Of a stretch of DNA of 64,000 nt, positions 39,078 to 47,247 are shown in pieces. The position numbers and the translations under genes were made by a program. Positions within the stretch are counted from its first letter, which is position 1, and every line of letters begins with the position of its first letter. The stretch is from Bradymonadia bacterium (GTDB taxonomy: Bacteria > Myxococcota_A > Bradymonadia > UBA7976 > UBA1532): the NCBI GenBank assembly GCA_046290225.1, contig JBKAGE010000049.1, positions 1-64,000 on the forward strand, in the 5' to 3' direction. The notes beneath the pieces are model-generated. The model saw only the letters and a list, made by a program, of their open reading frames with translations. It was not told the origin of the DNA and made no database searches.

Positions 39078-42000
39078 ATGCGCCACTCCTTCACTCGTCG
39101 CTGGATGCTCACCGCCCTGCTCGCCAGCCCCTTCGCAGGGTGCAGCGACCCTGTCACTGACGACGCGAACGCTCCAGGGGCCCGAGGCGGCGCAGGCGAT
39201 GGCTCTGGCAAGGCAGATGGTGCCAACGGCCCTCTCCCCGCTCACCGCGTCACCGCGCGCTTGAAGAGCGGCGCCCCACGGCTGATCGAGGGCAAGCTCA
39301 GCGATGATGTCGACGCCGCCCTCGCCGTGGCCAGACGCATCATGGGCCCCGAGGCAGACGAGAGCCGCTTCGCCGCCGGTGATCCCATCGTGGACGCCAG
39401 CGGCCACGCCCACGTGCGTTACCGCCGGATGGGGCCTCACCCCGAGAGCGGCGAGGCCACCGTGCCCGTACTCGATGGCGATCTCACCCTGCACATCAAC
39501 GCAGAAGGCGTGATCTACGCCGCCAGCGGCGATCTCTGGCCCCTGAAGATCGAATCACCCAAGCTGGATCACGCCCGGGCTGTCGAGGCGGCCAAAGCCT
39601 TCGTGGCCCCTGAAGATCTCGAGGTCTCTGCCGAGCTGCCCGAGGTCTTGAAGGCCCCGGCGCTGGTGTACGGGCACCATGACGGCGAGGCCCACCTCGC
39701 CTGGCAGGTCCGAGCCACGGGGAACCCCAATGACAACCGGCCCCTGCCTGTGGACGACATCCTGCTCGTGGACGCCTTCGACGGGCAGATCATCGGTCGT
39801 CGCCCGCGGATCCAGGGTGACAGCGCCCACCTCGGACGCCATGTCTTCGACGCCGAGCACAGCTGGGAGATGGAATCTCTGCCTGGGATCTCCCGCCGTA
39901 GAGAGGGCAGCATCCTCAGCGGCGAGCCCACGGTGGACATCTGCTTCGACTACATGGGCGTCGGCATGGGTCTCTTCAACCGCTACGCCGCCCACGTGGG
40001 GGCTGAGCTGTTCCCCGACGCCGAAGAGGTGCACGCCGTCGTACACTTCGGTCAGAGCTACAACAACGCGTTCTGGAACGGCGAAGAGGTGGTCTTCGGT
40101 GACGGCGACGGGGTGGAGTTCAGCAACCTCGCCCACTCACTCGACGTGATGTGCCACGAGCTGGGCCACGGCCTGGTGCAGTTCACCGCGGGCCTCGTCT
40201 ACCAAGATGAGTCCGGGGCCCTCAACGAGTCCGCCGCAGACGTCTTCGGCGCCCTGTGCGACATGGAGCTGGTGACTCAAAATCGCGCCGACTTGACCCT
40301 CACCGAAGAGGACTGGTTCCGCATCTGGGCCATCGGCGAGACCGTCACCACCCCCGCCACCCCCGGCGATGCCCTGCGGTACATGTTCGATCCCACCGCC
40401 GATGGCATCAGCACCGACCATTACGCCATGCGCTTCACCGGCCCTGAAGACAACGGTGGGGTACACCTGAACTCGGGGATCCCCAACCTGGCCTTCTACC
40501 TGATGATCATGGGGGGCACCCACCCCCACGCAGGCAACGGCGTGGTGCCCTTCGTGAAGGTGCCGGCCATGCCCGGGGCTCTGGTGAGCGACTTCCTCGA
40601 TCGTCAGCCCACCCGCTGGGTGGCCGGCTGGGAGATGGGCGGCCTGATCTGGCTGCGGGCCCTCACCCACTACCTCACCCCCGATGCCGACTTCGCCCTC
40701 GCTCGGGCGGCCATGCTCCGGGCCACCCTCGACCTCGGCTACGCCGCTCACTACGAGTCCGTGGCCGCCGCCTGGACCGCAGTGGGCGTGCCCCACGAGG
40801 CCCCAGCGCTGATCTTCGACGGCCAGACCGAGGGGTGGACCGAGCCCTTCGCCGGCGACGTGCTCACCCCCCATCAGCTCACGGTGCAGGTGCCCCCAGG
40901 GGCCGAGGCCCTGGTGGTGGAGCTCCTCGACGGAGTGGGCGACGCAGATCTCTACCTGCGGCACGAGGCCCCGGTGAACCCCATCGATCCCGAGTTCGAC
41001 GGGGCGCAGGTCTACAGTTCTACGGTGCGCCACGGGACCCATGAGGACATCCGCGTGGAGGCGCCGGCGCCGGGCACATGGCATGTGCTGGTCCTCGGCC
41101 GTCCTGGCGGCTACAGCGACGTGGTCCTCTCCGCCCGCGTCGAAGAGCAGGGCAAGTGCGTGGTGCCGACGCTGGTGCCTGCTGAGGGGGCTGTCTTCAG
41201 CGTGTGCCCCACCGACAACCACCCCTTCATCAGCTTCGACGTCGACGTCGACGTGGCCCAGCCCATGACGGTGCGCATCAGCCCCGACGTCGATCAGCCC
41301 TCGCTCTTCGACGACGTGAACCTGTTCGCCTCGGTGGAGCACTTTGCCGAGACCTTCGGCGCTGATCTCGAAGCCAAAGATCCGGACGCCTCCGAGGCGC
41401 TGCGTCTTGAGCAGGCCGGGCGCTGGAACGTGCTCGTCGATGCCTCGGGCGGAGTGCCCAATGGTCGCTACCTCGTGGAGGTCCGCCCCCAGCCTCAGCA
41501 CACCGCCTCGGAGGTGGACGACCGCTGCGCAGAGCATCTGCCGGCGAAAATCGGCCAGCTCGGTGGGGCCTTCACCCTCTGCCCGTCACAACATGGTGAT
41601 CAGGTCGGCTTCGGCCTGCAGATGAACTGGGACGAGCGCTTCCTGGTGCAGGTCGAGCCCCTGGCCCGGCAAGGTGATCTCTTCGACGAGGTGAACATCT
41701 ACGCAGCGCTGGACGATCTGGTGAGCGTGAGCGAGTTCGACGTGGCTCAGAAGGGTGTGGGCCCCCGGCCGCAGCTCGCGCTGGAGACCGGCGGCGACTG
41801 GGACGTGCTCGTCGACATGCGCAACGCCGCCCCAGGTGGTCGCTACCGCGTGCGGGTGATCCCCCAGTCAGTGGACAGCACCGTGGATTGCGACAACCAC
41901 ATCCCCAGCTTCCTCGACGCCAGTGGCGGTGGCTTTGTGCTCTGCCAGAACGAAGATGGCCCCACCCCCTTTGACGTCTTCGTCGACAACGACGAGTCCG

Positions 42001-42950
42001 TCGTGGTGACGGTGCGCCCCCTGGCGGCGATGGACATGTCTCTGGGCATCGACCTCATCGCCTCGAAGAGCCGCCGGCCAACCTCCACTGATGCCGACCT
42101 GCTCGCCGACATGGTGGGCCCTCAGGCCTCGATCTTCATCGGTGAGCCTGGCCAGTGGATGTTCCAGACCGATGTCAGCTTCGCCCCTGACGTGGGCCCA
42201 TTCTGGGTGGAGGTCCGCCCTGCGCTGGGGCCCGATGCATATGATCCGTGCAAGGCCTTCCTTCCCGAGCAGCTCAATGGCTGGAACGAGCGCTACACCT
42301 TCTGCCCCGAGGCCCATGGCACGCAGCACGACTTCTGGCTCGACGTCGCCGAGGGTGCCCCCATGGAATTCGCCATCCGCCCTCACGCTGCGGCGCCAGG
42401 TCTGGCCACACAGCTCACGGTGAAAGCCGAGCTCGAGGGCGGCGCTCAGCCTGAGCAGGTGTCTCAGGTCGTCGATGGCCTGCACCGCCTGCGCCTCGAA
42501 GCCCCGGGTCGCTGGCGCATCTCCGTCGATGCCAGCCTCGCAGCGAACGCAGCCCGGTTCCTACTGCGCTCTGGTTACCCCACAGCCCAGCCAGAAGAGG
42601 ATCAGGGCCCGTGTGACGGCGAGTTCACCGGGCAGTTCGGTCGCGAAGGTGGCGTGAACCACTTCTGCCCCGCCACAGAGGGCGAGTTCACCTACTTCTA
42701 CGTCGTCGTAGAGCCCAACCATCCGATGAAGGTCCGGGTCGAGGCCCTGTTGACGGGCGACCTCTTCGACGACGTCGATCTCTACGGCCGTGTGCACGAG
42801 CTCGCTGATCTCGACAACTTCGATGTCTCCTCGAAGGGCCCGGGCTTCGACGAGGAGATCATCCTCACTGAGCCTGGCACCTGGGACGTGATGGTGCACG
42901 CGCCGGTGCAGTCCGGCACATTCCGGCTGGTGGTCAGCCCCGTAGAGTGA
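39078..42950 (+). CDS. M4 (thermolysin-family) metallopeptidase lipoprotein with propeptide, PPC domain and five further repeats
   Basis: GGAGG RBS; FAG-C lipobox and GKADG; YNNAFWNG, HELGH, GALNES, DNGGVHLNSG; PPC GDADLYLR. Confidence 0.93.
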   Translation: MRHSFTRRWMLTALLASPFAGCSDPVTDDANAPGARGGAGDGSGKADGANGPLPAHRVTARLKSGAPRLIEGKLSDDVDAALAVARRIMGPEADESRFAAGDPIVDASGHAHVRYRRMGPHPESGEATVPVLDGDLTLHINAEGVIYAASGDLWPLKIESPKLDHARAVEAAKAFVAPEDLEVSAELPEVLKAPALVYGHHDGEAHLAWQVRATGNPNDNRPLPVDDILLVDAFDGQIIGRRPRIQGDSAHLGRHVFDAEHSWEMESLPGISRRREGSILSGEPTVDICFDYMGVGMGLFNRYAAHVGAELFPDAEEVHAVVHFGQSYNNAFWNGEEVVFGDGDGVEFSNLAHSLDVMCHELGHGLVQFTAGLVYQDESGALNESAADVFGALCDMELVTQNRADLTLTEEDWFRIWAIGETVTTPATPGDALRYMFDPTADGISTDHYAMRFTGPEDNGGVHLNSGIPNLAFYLMIMGGTHPHAGNGVVPFVKVPAMPGALVSDFLDRQPTRWVAGWEMGGLIWLRALTHYLTPDADFALARAAMLRATLDLGYAAHYESVAAAWTAVGVPHEAPALIFDGQTEGWTEPFAGDVLTPHQLTVQVPPGAEALVVELLDGVGDADLYLRHEAPVNPIDPEFDGAQVYSSTVRHGTHEDIRVEAPAPGTWHVLVLGRPGGYSDVVLSARVEEQGKCVVPTLVPAEGAVFSVCPTDNHPFISFDVDVDVAQPMTVRISPDVDQPSLFDDVNLFASVEHFAETFGADLEAKDPDASEALRLEQAGRWNVLVDASGGVPNGRYLVEVRPQPQHTASEVDDRCAEHLPAKIGQLGGAFTLCPSQHGDQVGFGLQMNWDERFLVQVEPLARQGDLFDEVNIYAALDDLVSVSEFDVAQKGVGPRPQLALETGGDWDVLVDMRNAAPGGRYRVRVIPQSVDSTVDCDNHIPSFLDASGGGFVLCQNEDGPTPFDVFVDNDESVVVTVRPLAAMDMSLGIDLIASKSRRPTSTDADLLADMVGPQASIFIGEPGQWMFQTDVSFAPDVGPFWVEVRPALGPDAYDPCKAFLPEQLNGWNERYTFCPEAHGTQHDFWLDVAEGAPMEFAIRPHAAAPGLATQLTVKAELEGGAQPEQVSQVVDGLHRLRLEAPGRWRISVDASLAANAARFLLRSGYPTAQPEEDQGPCDGEFTGQFGREGGVNHFCPATEGEFTYFYVVVEPNHPMKVRVEALLTGDLFDDVDLYGRVHELADLDNFDVSSKGPGFDEEIILTEPGTWDVMVHAPVQSGTFRLVVSPVE

Positions 42951-42982
42951 GCCCTGTAGAGTCAGCCCTGTAGAGTCAGCCC
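42933..42982 (+). repeat. 14-bp tandem repeat GTCAGCCCTGTAGA, about 3.5 copies, spanning the stop codon
   Basis: GTCAGCCCCGTAGA GTGAGCCCTGTAGA GTCAGCCCTGTAGA GTCAGCCC. Confidence 0.9.
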
Positions 42983-43100
42983 CACCCAACGGCTCACTCT
43001 GAGTCAAAGCTCAATCTGCCAGCATATGACGAATTGAGCTTGATCTGAGCGGCGTCTCCAACGACAACCTCTCCAGATTGGGGACATTTTGGAGAGGTAC

Positions 43101-44783
43101 ATGTCGATGTGGCGCTGGGCCCTGGCCGCCGTACTGGTCAGCTCTGTCTATGGTTGTGACAGTGGAGACAGTGAAGGGAACGAAGCTGCGGGTGGCTCCA
43201 CTGAGGGCGCTGGTGCTTCTAGAGGCGAGACACCTTCGGGTACACCCACCTGGCATCAGGACATCGCCCCCATCATCAGTGAAAACTGCGCCGGGTGTCA
43301 CCACGAGGGGGGCATCGGGCCCTTCGCCCTCGAGACTTACGAGCAGGCGGCGCCGCTGGCGGGCCTGATCCTCGACAGCGTGCAATCTGGCCGTATGCCC
43401 CCCTGGGGCGCCGACGAGACCGACAGCTGCTCGCCCCGCCTGGGCTTCAAAGATGATCTCCGGCTGACGGATGCCCAGCTCTCGGCCCTCGCTGGTTGGC
43501 AGGCAGCAGAGGCCCCCGAGGGTGATCCGGCAACTGCTGCCGAGATCGTCGAGCGCCGGGTCGACACCCTTGCCCGGGTCGACCGCGCCCTGACACCCAA
43601 GATCCCCTTCACCACTCAGGGCGACACTGACCAGTTCCGCTGCTTTGTGCTCGATCCGGGCTTCACCGAGGAGACCTTCGTCAACGCCGTGCACTTCGAG
43701 CCCGGTGATCCCCGCGTGGTGCACCACCTGCTGCTCTACGTCGATCAAGAAGGCGAAGAGGCCACCGAGCTCGGCGGCGAAGAGGGCGCATATGACTGCT
43801 TCGGCGGTCCACGGGCAGGCGACGACTTCCTGGTGGCCGCCTGGGCCCCTGGCGGTGTGCCCACCGAGCTGCCCGAGAACGCAGCATTCCCGATCCAGGC
43901 CGGAGCGAAGTTCGTCTTGCAGGTGCATTATCACCCGCTCGGCGACGAACCTGCTGAAGACTTGACCACCACTCAGCTTCAAATCCTCGATCACACCCCG
44001 GAGTACACCGCCTTCACGGCTCTGCTCGGGAACTTCGACTCGCTCGAAGGCGAGGCTGACGGCCTGCTCCCTGGCATGAATGATCCTGCCGAGGGCCCGG
44101 CCTTCATGATCCCCGCAGGCGCCGAGGGCCACACGGAGCGCATGGCCTACACCATCCCCGGCACCTTCGACGATCGGCCCTTCCCAGGCATGTTCCTCTA
44201 CAGTGTGGCGTCCCACATGCACTATGTGGGCACCGACATGCAGATCGATCTCGTCCGCACTGAGCAGGTGCCGATGTGCAGCGCCGACGAGCTGGCACCG
44301 CTCCAGGCGTGCATGGACGAGGCCTGCCCGGGCCTCACGGGGATTCAGTCGGTGGTCTGCGCCACGATGTCGTGTGAAGAGCACGTCGACGCCCTGAGCA
44401 GCAACTGCGGTGGCTGCCTCGAATATGAAGCCCTCAACGGCGCTGAAGATGCCTTCGCCCCCTGCTCGGTGGTGCGAGTGCCCGAGCAATATGGCGAGCT
44501 GCCTGAGCAGCCCGAGAACGAGTGTCTGCTCCAGACCCCGAACTGGAACTTCGAGTGGCAGCGCTTCTACACCTATGAAGCGCCCATCGAAGAGCTGCCC
44601 TTCGTCGTCGCCGGTGATCGCTTCGAGTTCGAGTGCACCTTCGACAATTCCATGGCCAACCCCTTCGTCCGCGAGGCCCTCGCCGAGCAGGGCCTCGACA
44701 CGCCTCAGGATGTTGTGCTCGGCGACGAGACCCTCGACGAGATGTGTCTCTTCGCGGTCACCGTGCTCTTCAAGTGGGAGTAA
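43101..44783 (+). CDS. Lipoprotein: c-type cytochrome domain plus copper type II (PHM/DBH-like) monooxygenase
   Basis: VYG-C lipobox; CAGCH...RMPP; VVHHLL, QVHYH, SHMH, WNFEWQRFY, DEMC. Confidence 0.88.
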   Translation: MSMWRWALAAVLVSSVYGCDSGDSEGNEAAGGSTEGAGASRGETPSGTPTWHQDIAPIISENCAGCHHEGGIGPFALETYEQAAPLAGLILDSVQSGRMPPWGADETDSCSPRLGFKDDLRLTDAQLSALAGWQAAEAPEGDPATAAEIVERRVDTLARVDRALTPKIPFTTQGDTDQFRCFVLDPGFTEETFVNAVHFEPGDPRVVHHLLLYVDQEGEEATELGGEEGAYDCFGGPRAGDDFLVAAWAPGGVPTELPENAAFPIQAGAKFVLQVHYHPLGDEPAEDLTTTQLQILDHTPEYTAFTALLGNFDSLEGEADGLLPGMNDPAEGPAFMIPAGAEGHTERMAYTIPGTFDDRPFPGMFLYSVASHMHYVGTDMQIDLVRTEQVPMCSADELAPLQACMDEACPGLTGIQSVVCATMSCEEHVDALSSNCGGCLEYEALNGAEDAFAPCSVVRVPEQYGELPEQPENECLLQTPNWNFEWQRFYTYEAPIEELPFVVAGDRFEFECTFDNSMANPFVREALAEQGLDTPQDVVLGDETLDEMCLFAVTVLFKWE

Positions 44784-45343
44784 CCCCCCTTCATCTCTCT
44801 GTGCTGACCCTGCTCGCCCTCAACGGCTGCGACACCGGTGACAGCCCTGCCAGCCATGTGGAGTCATCCTCCGCAGGGGCCTGCGTGCCCGGAGAGCCGG
44901 CCATCATCGCGCCCGTCGGCGGGTGGCGTGTCTCCACAGCAGAAGAGGATGTGTTCTCCGAGCACCGTCCGGCGGCGCCAGACTGCCCGGACTATGCCAT
45001 CACCATCGAAGGGTTCAGCCTGGAGATCGACACTGGGGCCTGTGACTACGTCACCCTGGTGCAGCCGCTGCCGGCCATCTCCACCTGCGACACGCTGGGC
45101 ATCGATCTGGCCCACCTGCCCCTGGAAGCCCCAGAGCCCGCGATGGCACACTTCGCCGTGGCCATCGGCGACGAGATCATCTGGAGCCGCGAGATCGAGA
45201 TCCCCAACGGCCAGCAGGTGTATCAAGTGCGCTGGTCCATGGAAGAGGCAGTCCCCGAAGGCACCCTCGCCGCGGTGCACCTGCACAACCACGGGGCCAA
45301 CTCCTGGTACATCGGTGACTTGAGGCGAACGCCCGCTCGATAG
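44774..45343 (+). CDS. Small lipoprotein with C-terminal HLHNHG motif
   Basis: GTG start overlaps the previous stop; LSVLTLLALNG-C lipobox; 3' part of ORF 44633-45343. Confidence 0.75.
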   Translation: MGVTPLHLSVLTLLALNGCDTGDSPASHVESSSAGACVPGEPAIIAPVGGWRVSTAEEDVFSEHRPAAPDCPDYAITIEGFSLEIDTGACDYVTLVQPLPAISTCDTLGIDLAHLPLEAPEPAMAHFAVAIGDEIIWSREIEIPNGQQVYQVRWSMEEAVPEGTLAAVHLHNHGANSWYIGDLRRTPAR

Positions 45344-45431
45344 CGCGGATCCGCGACACGCTCGACTATCCACAGCTGTGGGCTTCTCTGTGGGCAACCC
45401 AGGTGGGGTCGCCTGACATCACGCTCAGGGC

Positions 45432-47042
45432 TCAGGCCTGCTCCGCGGATGTGGTGGTCTCGGCGGCGACCGTTGCCTCGGCCTTTGTGGTGGTCTCTGC
45501 AGTCGTCTCTGCAGTGGCCTCTACTGGAGGCTGCTCAGAGTGCGCGGGCGCTTTGGGCCTGGCCGCAGCGCGCCGGGGCTTCTTCGGTGCCGTCTTCGCA
45601 GCAGGCTTCGCCGCCGCCTTCTTTGCACCTGCCTTGGCGGTTGCGCTCTTTGTGGTGCTGCTCTTTGTCGCGCTGGCCTTCGCAGCAGCGCTCTTCGCCG
45701 CTGCGCTCTTGCCGGTCCGAGCCCGTGCTGTGCTCGCAGGCTTCTTCGCACTCGCCTTCGCACCCGCCTTCGCAGGCGCAGGCTTCTTCGGTGCCGTCTT
45801 CGCAGCAGGGGCCTTCTTCGCAGTCGCCTTACGGGGTGCGGGGCGCTTTGCGGCAGGCTTCGGCGCCTCTTCAGCGACAGCCTCAACAGGGGCAGCCTTT
45901 GCAGCCACCTCGGGCACCGACTGACGCAGCTCGGCCTCCACGATGGCGTCGGCGACGCTGTTCCAAAGGCCCGTAAAGCGCGCCTCGTCGAAGTTCGACC
46001 CTGAGGGCAGCCAGTCGGTGAACGGATCGCCGCCGCCCCAGGTGAACTGACCCACCACATCGAGGTGATCCCCCACCACAGCAGTGATGGGGCGGCCGTA
46101 GAGCTGGCTCAGCGTGGGCACCACGCCGTCGTTCGACGCAGAATCGAGTTCGAAGGGCAGGCTCTGGGCCCACTCCGGGTTCGCCCCCATGGTCGGGCTC
46201 GGGTAGGGGTAGCTCTTCGGGGCCTTCGCCGTGAGGGTGTACATCAGCCGGAAAACCTTGAAGAGGGCGATCTGCGCCGGGTGATAACGACGCTTGAGCT
46301 GCTCGGCCCCTTCCGGGGGCGCCGCCGCGAGCACACAGCGGTAATCCACGCCGGGGCGATCAGTCACTGCTGCGTTGAACAGGTCAGTGCCTTCGGGCGT
46401 GAGCTGGATCACCGCCCCCTGATCTTCGGAAATGTCCTCGAGGAACCCGAAGAAGGGATCGTCCTTCCGCGTGCTGATGCTGCCCAGGGCCCGCTCGACC
46501 AGGCGATCGAGGAAGTTGCGCTCGAGGCCGATGCGATCGTCCAGGCGGGCGATGGTGCGCAGCGCCTGGATGCCCATGACGATGCCACTGCGGCCCTTAC
46601 CGCTCGTCGCCAGCGCCGCCATCGTACGCAGGATGTGGCGCCCCTGCAGGGTGGTGAAGAACCGTGCCAGGGGGGTGCCGAAGTGGGGGGTGCACACCGA
46701 GATGACGCTCTTGAGGCGGGCGCCGATCTCTTCCTCGTCGTCTCCAGGGCGCAGCTGCACTCCGGGGGTGGCGAGCAACCGGATGTCGAGCCCTCCGGTG
46801 GAATGACCGATCAGGTGCAGCGAGCCCTCGCGGCCCCCCTTCTCGAAGATCTCGTCGATCAAGGTGTCGGCCCGGGACCGGATCGAGCCCGTGGGCTGGG
46901 TCGACGTCTGCTGCACGATGGCCTCGACGCCCCGTGCCTTCAGCGCCTCGGTGAGGATCTCTTCGACGCGGTGGAAGTAGTCGATGTCGCCGAACTGGCT
47001 GAAACCAAAGAAACCAGGAACCAGGAATACGTTGACGCTCAT
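45432..47042 (-). CDS. Alpha/beta-hydrolase lipase with Lys/Ala-rich histone H1-like tail
   Basis: AGGAGGGGAG RBS; LVPGFFG, GHSTGG, TPHFGTP, NDGVVP, DHLDVVG; AAKP/KKAPAAK tail. Confidence 0.88.
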   Translation of the reverse strand: MSVNVFLVPGFFGFSQFGDIDYFHRVEEILTEALKARGVEAIVQQTSTQPTGSIRSRADTLIDEIFEKGGREGSLHLIGHSTGGLDIRLLATPGVQLRPGDDEEEIGARLKSVISVCTPHFGTPLARFFTTLQGRHILRTMAALATSGKGRSGIVMGIQALRTIARLDDRIGLERNFLDRLVERALGSISTRKDDPFFGFLEDISEDQGAVIQLTPEGTDLFNAAVTDRPGVDYRCVLAAAPPEGAEQLKRRYHPAQIALFKVFRLMYTLTAKAPKSYPYPSPTMGANPEWAQSLPFELDSASNDGVVPTLSQLYGRPITAVVGDHLDVVGQFTWGGGDPFTDWLPSGSNFDEARFTGLWNSVADAIVEAELRQSVPEVAAKAAPVEAVAEEAPKPAAKRPAPRKATAKKAPAAKTAPKKPAPAKAGAKASAKKPASTARARTGKSAAAKSAAAKASATKSSTTKSATAKAGAKKAAAKPAAKTAPKKPRRAAARPKAPAHSEQPPVEATAETTAETTTKAEATVAAETTTSAEQA

Positions 47043-47247
47043 GTGCGCTCCCCTCCTCGATGTGTCGGGCCAGGTCTCACCCAGCGGCCCACAGACGGGG
47101 GCATGATAGCGGCCGTGGCTTTCAAATCGAGGCCTGAGGGCCTTCAACCACGTGGTGAGGGTGTGGTGCAGAGCGCACGACATATGTGTGTAAGACATCG
47201 CGTCCTGGTGCATCTCGTCTGTGGCACACACCACATGGGGGACACAC

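Noticed and set aside
44408..44420. CGGC as a second heme-binding site
   Set aside because: Followed by Leu, not His, so it is not CxxCH.
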